A DNA stretch of 64,000 nucleotides, from positions 186,516 through 250,515 of IMG/VR virus record IMGVR_UViG_3300014697_000001; one strand, given 5' to 3'. This document shows positions 19,332-29,663 of the stretch, one piece after another. The translations under genes were made by a program, and so were the position numbers. How positions within the stretch are numbered: position 1 is the first letter of the stretch; every line of letters begins with the position of its first letter. Source of the DNA: a virus. Its lineage: Duplodnaviria > Caudoviricetes. The notes under the pieces were generated by a model. The model searched no databases, was not told where the DNA came from, and saw only the letters and a list, made by a program, of their open reading frames with translations.

Positions 19332-19572
19332 ATACCTCTCCACCGCACTGTCCGATTACCGGCACGATCGCTTCCCGGAACAGGTCCTATTGAATTCGCG
19401 CTACCCCGATAGCTATTCGATGCAAATTCGAGAGCACCTGAGTCAGTTAATCGACCAGCTGAATGACCAAACGGAATTGATCCAACGGCAGGCCCAAGCT
19501 ATCCGCCTAATGGGGGTAAATCCTGATGATGATTCGGCCTACATTGAGATCGTCCCACTTCCAGACAAGTGA
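19222..19572 (+). CDS. Hypothetical protein, tandem-array member 6 (start uncertain; frame open from 18964)
   Basis: Sequence looks protein-like from GTG 19222 (VPPAIRAIITLE...). Confidence 0.6.
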   Translation: MPPAIRAIITLETSGEFLVNLTHVLQASGMSLEELFEYLSTALSDYRHDRFPEQVLLNSRYPDSYSMQIREHLSQLIDQLNDQTELIQRQAQAIRLMGVNPDDDSAYIEIVPLPDK

Positions 19573-19936
19573 CCGTCCAGCCCTCCCATTGGTGCTGATG
19601 GTCCCTGACAATAAGGAAGCCTTACAGTCCATCCCTAAACCACTGCTGCCCATCGCCGTTGTCTCAGCCATGCGAGGAGTTATTTACAACTGCCTCCCGG
19701 CTGAATATGGGAATGTATTGAGATTCTGGACAAGCTATAAGAACCCTGGCACCCGGTCCCGCGACCTCTCCACAGTTATGGTTCAGGCAGAAGAAGCATT
19801 CGAGTCCGTGGTAGAGATCCTTGCAGATCTCTCCGATCATTTGAGTCTATATAGCGACCAGGATCATTTAGTGATTGATTTGATCCGGTACGACCCTTAT
19901 GATCAAGGATTTGTAGTGAGAATATCCGATGGCTGA
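19526..19936 (+). CDS. Hypothetical protein, tandem-array member 7 (start uncertain)
   Basis: 136-aa ORF overlapping its neighbours. Confidence 0.65.
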   Translation: MMIRPTLRSSHFQTSDRPALPLVLMVPDNKEALQSIPKPLLPIAVVSAMRGVIYNCLPAEYGNVLRFWTSYKNPGTRSRDLSTVMVQAEEAFESVVEILADLSDHLSLYSDQDHLVIDLIRYDPYDQGFVVRISDG

Positions 19937-20264
19937 ACAAATTATCCTAATCGATGGGAGAGACATTTACAGGGATTTTCTTGACGACCTCTCACGGTTG
20001 ATGGACCATTCCTACGACTTTGATGAGATCTTCTCCTTATACGGCGACTGGGCGCGCCGTGGCGAGCATTTCGTTGACGAATTCGCGGCCGGATTGTTTC
20101 CACCTGACTTGGGCGAGACAGCCGATGATTTCGTGGGTCTGCGGAACGCCATGATCAACCTCTATTGTGCGGTGGATCGAGCCACCCGTGGACTGGATCG
20201 CCGATCCATTGTTCACATGGCTTACAGTGAACCTGACGAAACCATCGTAATCACCGCACGTTAA
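19929..20264 (+). CDS. Hypothetical protein, tandem-array member 8
   Basis: 111 aa, acidic. Confidence 0.7.
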   Translation: MAEQIILIDGRDIYRDFLDDLSRLMDHSYDFDEIFSLYGDWARRGEHFVDEFAAGLFPPDLGETADDFVGLRNAMINLYCAVDRATRGLDRRSIVHMAYSEPDETIVITAR

Positions 20265-20292
20265 ATCACCTTCCATTACATCATCGAGTGAC

Positions 20293-20592
20293 GTGATGAT
20301 CCTTATCGGCATTTCTGAAGTTATTGCTGAGTTACTTCCTGAGGTGTGCCATTCTATCGACCCGGACATCCCACCTTCATCTGACCTCCCCCTTGAGGTA
20401 CGCAAATACCTGCGTGCACTGCTCATGCGAGCGTTTCACCGCGCCCTGAGCGAGGAGTTCGCATTTGACATGAGGTGGGTGTTACAAGTGAAACAAGATG
20501 GATTACTCACCCAACTGAGCGATCGTCGCTGGATCGACGTCGAGGTGATGGACACAGATGGCACTTTCATTCTTACATTCGAGGATCTATGA
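20293..20592 (+). CDS. Hypothetical protein, tandem-array member 9
   Basis: 99 aa; its stop overlaps the next start. Confidence 0.65.
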   Translation: MMILIGISEVIAELLPEVCHSIDPDIPPSSDLPLEVRKYLRALLMRAFHRALSEEFAFDMRWVLQVKQDGLLTQLSDRRWIDVEVMDTDGTFILTFEDL

Positions 20593-20984
20593 CCATGATC
20601 ACCAATTACATCGGCTCCACTGTTAAGTTCGACACGGCTGCTCCGGCAGCCCTTGGCTCCAACCGCCAGAACGTCACCGTGTTGGCGGTTTTGGACTTGG
20701 ACACCGCGATGCTTCTGTCCGATGTGCGCGCCAAACACGCACAGGTCAAGAACTACATCACCGACCTACCGGGTAGCGCAGGAGCGTACAGCTACGTCAA
20801 GTTGCGCTACGGCAACGGTGAGGTTGAAGTCCTCGGTGTGCCATGGATTCGTCACGAAACCATCGAGGTAATCGACAACCGCGAGTTGTTCATCCGGGTC
20901 CGAAATGCTACCCCGTCCACTGAGAATATCATTCGACAGGCATTCTTGCAAAATGGGATCGAAGACTTTACATTTGAGGGCTAA
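20589..20984 (+). CDS. Conserved phiKZ-like protein (gp49-like by synteny)
   Basis: MTMITNY..., GAGGA RBS, VLGVPWI motif; just upstream of the DNA polymerase. Confidence 0.65.
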   Translation: MTMITNYIGSTVKFDTAAPAALGSNRQNVTVLAVLDLDTAMLLSDVRAKHAQVKNYITDLPGSAGAYSYVKLRYGNGEVEVLGVPWIRHETIEVIDNRELFIRVRNATPSTENIIRQAFLQNGIEDFTFEG

Positions 20985-21462
20985 ACGCCGGGTAAGCTAT
21001 CCCACCCGGTCCAACGACTTCATTCTCAGCCGCGACCCTAAGCGAGAAACCTTCCTGCTCTATTCGTTTGACGAGGCGTACTTCGATAAGTACGCCGAGT
21101 TCTACGATGCGGTTAAAGCCACCTTGCTTCGGTATGAAATACCCAATGAGATGGTCATGTGTCTTGAACACACCCTATCTCCCTCTGCCATGGTGGATGT
21201 CCTGATGCGCGAGCAGATGGGTAACACCGACATGACCGAGGCCATGATGGATGACATCTATGGATTGACAGACATTGACGACTGTGCATCAGACATCATC
21301 GAGCACGTGGTCAACCTCTGCAACTGTGGCGTTTTCCCGCAAGGTTTTGACAATGTCTGTGACCTCCTGAGGACCAACGAAGGCTTCTACTTGCTGGACT
21401 TCTACCCTGTCCGGGAAGAGGACACCATGGTGTATGTGGTGGCAAATGCTGACAGTGAATAA
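20953..21462 (+). CDS. Acidic hypothetical protein, tandem-array member 10 (start uncertain)
   Basis: Frame open 20905-21462; followed by a terminator at 21469-21508. Confidence 0.65.
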   Translation: MGSKTLHLRAKRRVSYPTRSNDFILSRDPKRETFLLYSFDEAYFDKYAEFYDAVKATLLRYEIPNEMVMCLEHTLSPSAMVDVLMREQMGNTDMTEAMMDDIYGLTDIDDCASDIIEHVVNLCNCGVFPQGFDNVCDLLRTNEGFYLLDFYPVREEDTMVYVVANADSE

Positions 21463-21526
21463 AAACAAAAGGAGCTCTCTCTATGAGAGCTCCTACTTAT
21501 TTCTTTTTCCCCAATTTTAAGGCCGA

Positions 21527-23812
21527 GTGATGGAAAATCCATTTGTTCTTCCCAAAGACCAGTACACGCGCGACCTAGATCTGCTTAAAGGTTATTTCGA
21601 TCAGAATATTCACTTTCTCACGACCATGACAGGTCAGCCCGAAGAGAAAGCCATGAATTTCCTTAAGCGAACCCTGTCGCGTGGTGGTGACTTCCCGCTC
21701 CGTGACCCGAACATGCTGGTCTTGAAGCAAGAAAGCCCAGGTAATCGCGTCAAGGACGAAATGACCCTGCTGACCTACGTCAAAACAGTGACCGATAGCA
21801 AGCGCATCCTGTCGCCGTCAATGGTCTGCTATGAAAACCCCGAAGTGCTTAAGTCTCCGTCTGCCATTTTCGTTGAGAAAGGCATTGCCGGCCGTAAGAA
21901 AGCCAAGACCGAGATGTTTTACGCCAAGGTAGCCGGGGATGAAGTCCTTGAAAAGATCAAGGATGCGGAACAGAACGCCAAGAAGATCGGTATCAACTCC
22001 CTCTCTGGCATGCATGGCTTCTCCGGTAACATCCTGTACATTAAATCCGGCCACTCCAGCCTGACGTCGATGTGCCGGGCGGCAACTGGATACGGCAACG
22101 CCAACAACGAACGCCTTCTGGCCGGGTCGAGGCATTACCACACCCCGACTATCGCTTTGGCCAATATGCTTTCACTGGTCACCACTCAGCCGCACGACGT
22201 TTTCGAAGCGGCCATGGAAAAATGCGGGCTGGTCTACCCCACTGTCGAGCAAACGGCTGACTGTATTCGCCGCAGTACTGACCTGTACTGGCGTAACGCG
22301 GGACAATTCCAGAAAATCATTGACTACATCGCGCGCATCACCCCACTGGAACGTGCCATCATCGTTTATACCGGTGATCTGTACCACATCGCCCAGTACA
22401 ACGATGGTTTTGTTCGCACCATGATGGACAAACTGATCAAGTATGACCCGGCTTCAGACGCCACTGTGATCGAGGACCCGTACGCTATTCTGACGGGTAA
22501 GACATTCGACGGTGATCTGCTGATGCTGGCCACCTACCTCAATGCCGACCTTACCAAGGGGGAGAACTTTGACTCCCTCAAGGATAAAGGCCTGACCGAC
22601 GTACTGGCAAAGGTGGCGAAGACGGCGTATCATGTCCAAGGAGTCCTGGAGGAGTACTTTACCTTTATCCGGGTGTTCCTCACTCCGGTGGGTCTGACTC
22701 CAACGGTGGCCAACATCAAAGGCATCCTGCGACGCAGCGTGCTGGCTTCCGATACTGACTCGACCATTTTCACCACTCAGGAATGGGTGACGTGGTACAC
22801 CGGTACCGACCGGCGGACAAGGGAAGGTGACGGCATTTGGTACGCCACGACGTTCATTGCCTGTCAGTGCATCGTGCATGTGTTGGCTAAATTGTCAGCG
22901 AACATGGGGGTGATCCAGCAGGACCTGCATCGGTTGACCATGAAGAACGAATACGCCTTCCCTGTATTCACCCTGACCAGCCGTGCCAAGCACTACTACG
23001 CATTCATGTCGGCCCGTGAGGGTAACGTCTATAAGGACTACGACATGGAGATCAAGGGCGTGGCGTTGCGGTCATCCACAGTGCCTCCGACTATCATCAA
23101 GGCAGCTAAAGGTCTGATGAAGGAAGTCATGACCCGTGCCGATGAAAACCGACAGTTCACCCTAGAGGAAGTCTATCAGATCGTCTGGCGGTATGAGCAG
23201 GACATCTATACCTCGATCAAGAAAGGTGAGCACCGCTACCTGAAGTCAGCTCAGATTCAGGAGTCGTACGCCAACATGAACAAGGACGATCCGTACAAGG
23301 AGAAGACCAACTACCGACACTACCTGATGTGGGAAGATATCTTTGCCCCCAAGTACGGTCATGTAGAGTCCCCACCCTTTACGGTCATTAAGGTCCCGCT
23401 GGCAGTAAATAACAAGACTGACATGCAGACCTGGTTCAAACACTGCGACTCCATCGACCCTGAATTTGGGGCTCGTCTGCGCAACTACTGCGTCCTGTCG
23501 GAGCGTGAGCAGATCAGCACCCTGATGCTGCCACTGTCTATCCTGTCGGGGACCGGAATGCCCGACGAAGTCATGGCGATGATCGACATCCGTCGACTGA
23601 CCTATGGTATCCTGGAGTCGTTCTACATGATCCTTGAGTCTCTTGGAATCTTCCAGGTCGACAGCAAGTACGTCAGGCTCATCAGTGACATCTATACCCC
23701 GAGCGGCGAAATCAATCTGCAGCCTTCGCCAACAGATGCCAACAGCACACTGGAGGACGATGATGACGATGATTTGTTCGAGGACGACGATGAAGACTGG
23801 CTTCTCCTTTAA
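21527..23812 (+). CDS. Family-B DNA polymerase, polymerase-domain subunit (phiKZ gp50-like)
   Basis: Motif B KIGINSLSG, motif C ASDTDS, KHYY, EIKGV; no N-terminal exonuclease domain recognised. Confidence 0.88.
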   Translation: MMENPFVLPKDQYTRDLDLLKGYFDQNIHFLTTMTGQPEEKAMNFLKRTLSRGGDFPLRDPNMLVLKQESPGNRVKDEMTLLTYVKTVTDSKRILSPSMVCYENPEVLKSPSAIFVEKGIAGRKKAKTEMFYAKVAGDEVLEKIKDAEQNAKKIGINSLSGMHGFSGNILYIKSGHSSLTSMCRAATGYGNANNERLLAGSRHYHTPTIALANMLSLVTTQPHDVFEAAMEKCGLVYPTVEQTADCIRRSTDLYWRNAGQFQKIIDYIARITPLERAIIVYTGDLYHIAQYNDGFVRTMMDKLIKYDPASDATVIEDPYAILTGKTFDGDLLMLATYLNADLTKGENFDSLKDKGLTDVLAKVAKTAYHVQGVLEEYFTFIRVFLTPVGLTPTVANIKGILRRSVLASDTDSTIFTTQEWVTWYTGTDRRTREGDGIWYATTFIACQCIVHVLAKLSANMGVIQQDLHRLTMKNEYAFPVFTLTSRAKHYYAFMSAREGNVYKDYDMEIKGVALRSSTVPPTIIKAAKGLMKEVMTRADENRQFTLEEVYQIVWRYEQDIYTSIKKGEHRYLKSAQIQESYANMNKDDPYKEKTNYRHYLMWEDIFAPKYGHVESPPFTVIKVPLAVNNKTDMQTWFKHCDSIDPEFGARLRNYCVLSEREQISTLMLPLSILSGTGMPDEVMAMIDIRRLTYGILESFYMILESLGIFQVDSKYVRLISDIYTPSGEINLQPSPTDANSTLEDDDDDDLFEDDDEDWLLL

Positions 23813-23821
23813 AGGTGCACC

Positions 23822-24049
23822 ATGATAAACTCTCCATTGTTTGCCGCCACTGAGCTCAGCGGTATCTTCTCAAATCACGCAGGATCGAAAAGGCCAAAGA
23901 CCCGTTCGATCACCGTGAAACATGGGTTCACCAGCACCACCGTTGAAATCCCAGAGGTGGTTGAGCTTGATGAATTGCTGAGTATCTTGGGACACTCGGT
24001 GAGACCACTTGACAGTGACTTGTCAGAGGTTCTCTTGGCCATGACATAA
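23822..24049 (+). CDS. Small hypothetical protein
   Basis: 75 aa, AAGGTG RBS, followed by a terminator. Confidence 0.55.
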   Translation: MINSPLFAATELSGIFSNHAGSKRPKTRSITVKHGFTSTTVEIPEVVELDELLSILGHSVRPLDSDLSEVLLAMT

Positions 24050-24053
24050 GCCA

Positions 24054-24091
24054 GACGGCATAAGGAGGGGCCTCAGCCCCTCTCTATGTCC
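24054..24091. terminator. Bidirectional hairpin terminator
   Basis: GACGGCATA-AGGAGGGGC-CTCA-GCCCCTCTC-TATGTC, between convergent genes. Confidence 0.75.
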
Positions 24092-25198
24092 TTATAGGTA
24101 AGGTTCGATGTGTTCGGCTATAAACCCGGCCACATAGTCGGCAACATTGGCCGGTACCTGGTTGACCAGGTACTTTCCAGACTGTGCTTCCTTAAGGCTT
24201 CGACGGATACGGTTTTTATCCGAATCGTTCTTGGCGTTAGAGCTTACTGCATCGAACTTAAGCAACATGGCAATGACTGGGAGTCTCGCGATGGTCAGCG
24301 CCCAGATCGCCTGGTTGGTGTAAGCAATGTCGGGCATCCGGACTGTCTGAAGCAGGTTGTCCTGACCGAACACGGGAGTGTTACTCAGGATGTCCTTGTA
24401 GAAGCTGGTCTGACTGCTGAACTTGTTGACAATTTCACCCAACCCCTTCGTCAAGCGAGGCCAGAGGTCTGTGGTGAAGAACGGCATCGCCGAATCGATC
24501 TTGGTGTACTGCTCAGCTCCCAGCAAATGATGCGTGGTGTTGAGAACTGCCACATCCAGATGACTGGATAGCATATTCGGGATGATGACTTGTGTGATAA
24601 AATGAGCAGCCGGCAGGGTATGGCCTTCAGGGGCCATGGTGCGCACCGCCATGCGCCAGAGATGATACTGACAGGCCAACAGCGGGATGTTCAATTCCAG
24701 CACGCTCATGGCGCCGTCGGGAAGCCCCTTGAACTCGGCTGTCCCATCTAGCTCAATGATACCACACCCCATCACCGGATGGCTCAGGACCCGAATGGGT
24801 GACATGTCCCGCCAGCCAAACCAGATCTGTGCTGGTGTCAGGTTATCATCGGTCACAGCGATGATGATCTCATTGACTCCCTTGCCGTAGAACTGACTCT
24901 TGGTATTGACTCGTCCGTGGTGGGCTGCGTTGCAGAAACCCATTTGTCCAGCCAGTCGGTTAACGATACTGCTGACTTGTAGATAATAGTCGGGGAGATC
25001 ACCGTCAAATGGAATGTCGATCAGGCCGAGGATCTTAAGGAGTACATGGTCACTTTTGAGGTAGCCTGGGTTCATTGCCCGGTACTGTTTATAGCGCTCT
25101 ACCTGAGTACCCATCAGTTCACGCTTGACGTAATCCAGCCCGAAGACCGTGGTGTTCGTCTGGCGCAACAGCTGGTCGGAGTTAAAAAGCGTGTACAT
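24092..25198 (-). CDS. Conserved phiKZ-like protein (gp52-like by synteny)
   Basis: About 368 aa, AAGGA RBS; divergent from chimallin and located between it and the polymerase. Confidence 0.7.
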   Translation of the reverse strand: MYTLFNSDQLLRQTNTTVFGLDYVKRELMGTQVERYKQYRAMNPGYLKSDHVLLKILGLIDIPFDGDLPDYYLQVSSIVNRLAGQMGFCNAAHHGRVNTKSQFYGKGVNEIIIAVTDDNLTPAQIWFGWRDMSPIRVLSHPVMGCGIIELDGTAEFKGLPDGAMSVLELNIPLLACQYHLWRMAVRTMAPEGHTLPAAHFITQVIIPNMLSSHLDVAVLNTTHHLLGAEQYTKIDSAMPFFTTDLWPRLTKGLGEIVNKFSSQTSFYKDILSNTPVFGQDNLLQTVRMPDIAYTNQAIWALTIARLPVIAMLLKFDAVSSNAKNDSDKNRIRRSLKEAQSGKYLVNQVPANVADYVAGFIAEHIEPYL

Positions 25199-25507
25199 GA
25201 TGATGGAGTCCTTGGGTAAAAGTCTAATCTCAAAGGATTGGCCGAACATGACAAATAGTAAAAAATAACTACCATTCCCCTATTGTATAGGAGATGTGCT
25301 CCTGACAGAGTTTTCACTCTGTCGCCAAGGGAGGGTATTTCCTTTTCCTGTGGATCACGTCGTATTTTTAAACGCAACCGTCGGATTGTACGAGCCTAGG
25401 AATTAGAATTCCATTCAAACAATTCATGGCGCTATATAATCCACGTGAATATCCCTACGATGTTCACTAGGCCTAGTAAACAACGAAACCCCTCCAAGGA
25501 GTACACC

Positions 25508-27418
25508 ATGGCAGTTCAAGATAGCCACGACAACAGCAACAACTCTCAGGCACAGGACCCGTCCTACGAACCGGCTAACAGCCGTTCGTCCCGTCCGACC
25601 CCTCAGGAAAACCCGGTCCTGAACGCTGGTCTGCTGGATATCAACCGTCTGCTCGGCAGCCCGATGTCCCGTCGCACCAGCGGTGAATCCCTGGTCAACG
25701 CCATCAAGGCCGCTAAGTTCTGGTTCTCGGCCGAGCGTCAAGTAGCCGGTGCCGCTGCCATCGACCTGACCAAGATCCAAGTGCTGGGTCTGGACGGTCA
25801 GGAAAACAACGTCAGCATCTCCTCGGTGATCCTGGCGTACCCGATCGAAGATCAGGGCGTTACCAAGGTACTGGTTCACTCGCTGGTGCTGGAAGGCACG
25901 CTGAGCGACGAAACCCCGATCCGCAACGTCGAGATCAACCATCGCACCTACCCGCTGCCGATCATCGCTTCGGATTACGTGACCGAGTCGTACCTCGCCC
26001 TCATCGACGACATCGTCAAGAAGGCATTCGACCAGTCCCGTCGTTCCGTCGAAGTGATCCGTGGCGGCTGGCGTGTGGTTGACCGCAAGGTCGACTTCAA
26101 CGATCCGGAAACTACCGAAGCGCGTCAGGTCATCTTCTACGCGCAGGCGGCTCTGTCCTCGATGTACAACGAGCTGTACCGCAACGACATGTTCTTCAGC
26201 CTCGAGTGGCTCAACAAGCAGTCTACCCTCGAGATCAACGTCGACATGTCCGGCCGTGAAAGCGTCTCCGCCGACGGTCTGCCCCGCCGCAGCGACATCG
26301 CGGTATCGGTTGCAGGTACCGTTCGCAAGGGCGACCAGAACGTCACCGTGCCTCTGGCCAACCTGGGCGGTTACATGAACATCGTGTACACCCCGCCGCA
26401 GAACGAAGAGCGTTGGGCTCGTGACCGTCGTCGCGATCAGCCGTACTTCACCCCGACGTACATCATCAACCGCATGGACACCAGCGGCAACGCCATCACC
26501 CCGGAGCTCCTGCTCCTGGCACTGGCATCGTCCTCGGTGATCTCCAAGAACCAAGCGTGGGCCCGTACCTTCCTGCCGGGCGAAGTTGCCCGTGGTGAGA
26601 TCGATGCTCGCGACAGCGGTCTGCTGAACATTCTCGGCCCGGATGAAGATCCGCAACCGATCGTGTTCGACAACCGTGGTTCGCTGGACGAAGAGAAGTG
26701 GGGTCAGTACTTCTTCAGTCTGGTCGATGAAAACCTGGTATACGCAATCGAGCTGGAAGAAGGTGGCGACAACAGCTGGCTGACCAGCCTGCTGCTGGAT
26801 GCTGCAGACGACACTTCGGCCAACCGCGAAGCTGTTCGCCGTCTGTACGACTACGCTGACCGCCTGACTTCGGGCAACTTCAGCCGTCGTGCTCAAGAGC
26901 TGGGCGTAGAAAACCCGCTCGTGATGTCCGGTGCCCGTTACCTGACTGGTACCTGGCTGGACGAGAAGGGCAACGAGCGCGATCTGCGCGAATGGGACCT
27001 GCTCCGTTGGATGGCGCAGAACCCGAACGATGGTGGTGAAAGCGCCCTGCGTTATCAGGACGTGATCGACCGCACTGACCTGGACGTGGAAATCCGCGTA
27101 TCTGAGCAGTTCGACCAGCTGACCGGCGCCCTGCAGCAGAACGTCAAGTTCTCCCGCTACGTCGACCTGGCCTTCATCAACCCGCACTTCATCGAAGCGC
27201 TGGCACTGGCGGTGGCCGATTGCAAGATCAACATCGATCAGCGTCAAGCTCACTTCACCTTCGGTGCTCGTCGTCTGCGTGGCAACACTCGCATTCGCGA
27301 CTTCCGTGGTGGCGATCTGACCCACGGTCTGCTGAACAGCCGTCGTGTGGTTAATGGCGATCAGCGCAGCCTGCGCAGCCATGTGAGCAACGGCTTCGGT
27401 CGCGGTTCGTCGTTCTAA
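25508..27418 (+). CDS. chmA: Chimallin, phage nuclear shell protein (phiKZ gp54-like)
   Basis: 636 aa with very strong high-expression codon bias, AAGGAG RBS and low-complexity termini. Lies directly upstream of the NADFDGD nvRNAP subunit in a phuZ-encoding genome. Confidence 0.85.
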   Translation: MAVQDSHDNSNNSQAQDPSYEPANSRSSRPTPQENPVLNAGLLDINRLLGSPMSRRTSGESLVNAIKAAKFWFSAERQVAGAAAIDLTKIQVLGLDGQENNVSISSVILAYPIEDQGVTKVLVHSLVLEGTLSDETPIRNVEINHRTYPLPIIASDYVTESYLALIDDIVKKAFDQSRRSVEVIRGGWRVVDRKVDFNDPETTEARQVIFYAQAALSSMYNELYRNDMFFSLEWLNKQSTLEINVDMSGRESVSADGLPRRSDIAVSVAGTVRKGDQNVTVPLANLGGYMNIVYTPPQNEERWARDRRRDQPYFTPTYIINRMDTSGNAITPELLLLALASSSVISKNQAWARTFLPGEVARGEIDARDSGLLNILGPDEDPQPIVFDNRGSLDEEKWGQYFFSLVDENLVYAIELEEGGDNSWLTSLLLDAADDTSANREAVRRLYDYADRLTSGNFSRRAQELGVENPLVMSGARYLTGTWLDEKGNERDLREWDLLRWMAQNPNDGGESALRYQDVIDRTDLDVEIRVSEQFDQLTGALQQNVKFSRYVDLAFINPHFIEALALAVADCKINIDQRQAHFTFGARRLRGNTRIRDFRGGDLTHGLLNSRRVVNGDQRSLRSHVSNGFGRGSSF

Positions 27419-27515
27419 GCAACACCATTAGAGAGGGGGAGCTCCGGCTCCCCCGATCTATGCCCTTTCCATTAATTTTTATACTCACCAATAACCGCCA
27501 ATAAAGGTACTGTAC

Positions 27516-28985
27516 ATGGCCATCAAAGAACGCAATGGCATTTACCTGAGTGTGGTCAACTACGACGACATCTTCCGTCATCAGGCGCATCCTGCGATCC
27601 TCATGAACGAGTTCAACATCGATCTGGAAGCCGATCGTCTTGAGCTTAATAACCTGATCTATGCCAGCCTTGACGGCGATTCGCTGAACAACACCGCCAG
27701 CTGTGACTGCGGTTCCATTGTCGGCATGGACAATTACAACATCCGTTGCAATAACTGCTTATCGCTGGTTGTCCCGGTTACCGAGAAGCCTCTGGAGTCT
27801 ATCCTCTGGCTCAAAGCACCAGCGGGCATTAAAGCATTCATTAACCTTACGGTGTGGCGGATTCTGTCAAAGAACCTCAGCCATTCTAATTTCAACATCC
27901 TCGAGTACCTGACCAATCCCCGTTATCAACCGGCTGCTCCATTGGCTGCCGACAAGATGCGTAAACTTGAACGGCTCGAGATCCCACGCGGCTACAACCA
28001 CTTCATCGAGAACTATGAAGCCATCCTGGTTGCCCTGGCCAAGGCGTCACTGATTGGTCCGTCTGCCAGTGCACGGAAACGCCGCAAGATCATGCGCTTC
28101 CTTCAGGAGAATTTCGACCGGACGTTCTCCGAACACCTGCCATTTCCTACTCGCCTTGGCTTTATCCGCGAGTCGTCCAATAACCGGATCGTGTCCGACC
28201 CAAAGATGGTCCCGGCCATCGATGCGGCACACATCCTCATCGGTATCGACAACCGCGAAAACGCGGAGAACCAGCCCAAGCTTCCACAGGCCAACAAAGA
28301 AGCGCGGATGGTCAATGCCCTCAATAACTTCAGCGAGTACTATAAGTCGTTCGAGTCTGAGGTCATCTTTAAGAAGCCTGGGATCATGCGTAAGCTGATC
28401 TATGGTACCCGGCCATACTGGGGATTCCGTTCGGTCATCACCTCCCGGCAAAAGCCACATCGTCAAGATGGCCTGGAGATGCCATGGTCGCTAAGTATCT
28501 TGTTGTTCAAGGTCCATCTGCAAAATAAGCTCATGGCGCGGGGCTATACACCCAACGAAATGAATGCCCTGATCTACGAGAACACGTTGCGCTACCACCC
28601 GGATCTGCACAACCTGCTCAACGAACTGCTGAAGGAGTCACCCACCGGGACTATCCCCACGCTCTTTGGTCGTAACCCTACCCTCACCCGAGGCAGTATC
28701 GGTTACAACCAGATCGATACATTCAAGACCGACCCGACCGACAACACCGTCAGCATGAGTCCCTTGAACCTGATCGATAAGAACGCTGACTTTGACGGCG
28801 ATGCGCTATGGGGTGAGTTGCCACTGGATAAGAAGAACGATAAAGTAATGAGTCGATTCGATCCAGTGACCGGTATCATGGACCTCAACAAACCGTTCAC
28901 AGTTTCCCGTAACACCACCTTGCCGCCACCACTGATTGCCAGCATGACGAACTGGCTGATCGAAGGTGACCAGGTTTCACGATAA
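27516..28985 (+). CDS. Non-virion RNA polymerase beta'-like N-terminal (catalytic) subunit (gp55-like)
   Basis: Zn ribbon CDC...CNNC, RSVI, GRNPTL and catalytic NADFDGD. Confidence 0.92.
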   Translation: MAIKERNGIYLSVVNYDDIFRHQAHPAILMNEFNIDLEADRLELNNLIYASLDGDSLNNTASCDCGSIVGMDNYNIRCNNCLSLVVPVTEKPLESILWLKAPAGIKAFINLTVWRILSKNLSHSNFNILEYLTNPRYQPAAPLAADKMRKLERLEIPRGYNHFIENYEAILVALAKASLIGPSASARKRRKIMRFLQENFDRTFSEHLPFPTRLGFIRESSNNRIVSDPKMVPAIDAAHILIGIDNRENAENQPKLPQANKEARMVNALNNFSEYYKSFESEVIFKKPGIMRKLIYGTRPYWGFRSVITSRQKPHRQDGLEMPWSLSILLFKVHLQNKLMARGYTPNEMNALIYENTLRYHPDLHNLLNELLKESPTGTIPTLFGRNPTLTRGSIGYNQIDTFKTDPTDNTVSMSPLNLIDKNADFDGDALWGELPLDKKNDKVMSRFDPVTGIMDLNKPFTVSRNTTLPPPLIASMTNWLIEGDQVSR

Positions 28986-29039
28986 GGAGCAACTTATCAT
29001 CCTACTCACCCATTCTCACAAAGGGGGCTAAGTCTCAAC

Positions 29040-29663
29040 ATGGCTATTGCAATGTATGCGGACGAGTCGGAATTTCGGTCGATGCACTATGGGCTTCCGA
29101 AGTCAGAGGACCGGGCTGCCATTCGAAGCCGACTGGAGAACACAGCACGTTCCTTCGGGTTGATGGGCAGTGACCTGTATAACCGCGCCGTTGAGCGATT
29201 CGAGTCGTTTGACTTTGATCGCATCGAGCGCAAGGTCGATGCACTGAAACGTAAAGTCACCCACCTCTTCGACAAGGATTCCATCCGCCCGATGTCGAAG
29301 ATTGGTCAATTCCAGCAAGCCGGCCCGGAACAGGCTCGCTGGCTCATGGCCAACCCACGGGCAAAGCAGTTGTTTGAGAAGGACATGATGAATGGCTGGA
29401 GGGGTTTCCTCAAGCATGAAAATCGTGGCCGGATCGGCGAAGATGACCCTGATTACCAGGAAGTCACTAACGGACTGCTGCAATTCGATGAGCACGGCCA
29501 CTCCAAGTTCGTCGAGTACTTGCATCTGTATGACTCTGATGGACGGACTCAGTTGACGTTTGCCGACCAGGTCACCATCCGTGACTCCATGTGGGCCAAT
29601 TTCAACACCTTCCTCGATGAAGGTTTGGACGACCCGAGTGATCCGGATAACGGCTCGCTTTGA
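29040..29663 (+). CDS. Conserved nucleus-block protein (gp59/Imp3-like by synteny)
   Basis: 207-aa ORF following the nvRNAP subunit; ends in acidic DDPSDP. Confidence 0.55.
   Translation: MAIAMYADESEFRSMHYGLPKSEDRAAIRSRLENTARSFGLMGSDLYNRAVERFESFDFDRIERKVDALKRKVTHLFDKDSIRPMSKIGQFQQAGPEQARWLMANPRAKQLFEKDMMNGWRGFLKHENRGRIGEDDPDYQEVTNGLLQFDEHGHSKFVEYLHLYDSDGRTQLTFADQVTIRDSMWANFNTFLDEGLDDPSDPDNGSL

Noticed and set aside
25424-27382. 652-aa minus-strand ORF antisense to chimallin
   Set aside because: Shadow ORF produced by the strong codon bias of the sense gene; no RBS or motifs. The same applies to 14309..15367, 37426..38775, 3575..4714, 7739..8770, 34542..35546, 45612..46652 and 55773..56699.
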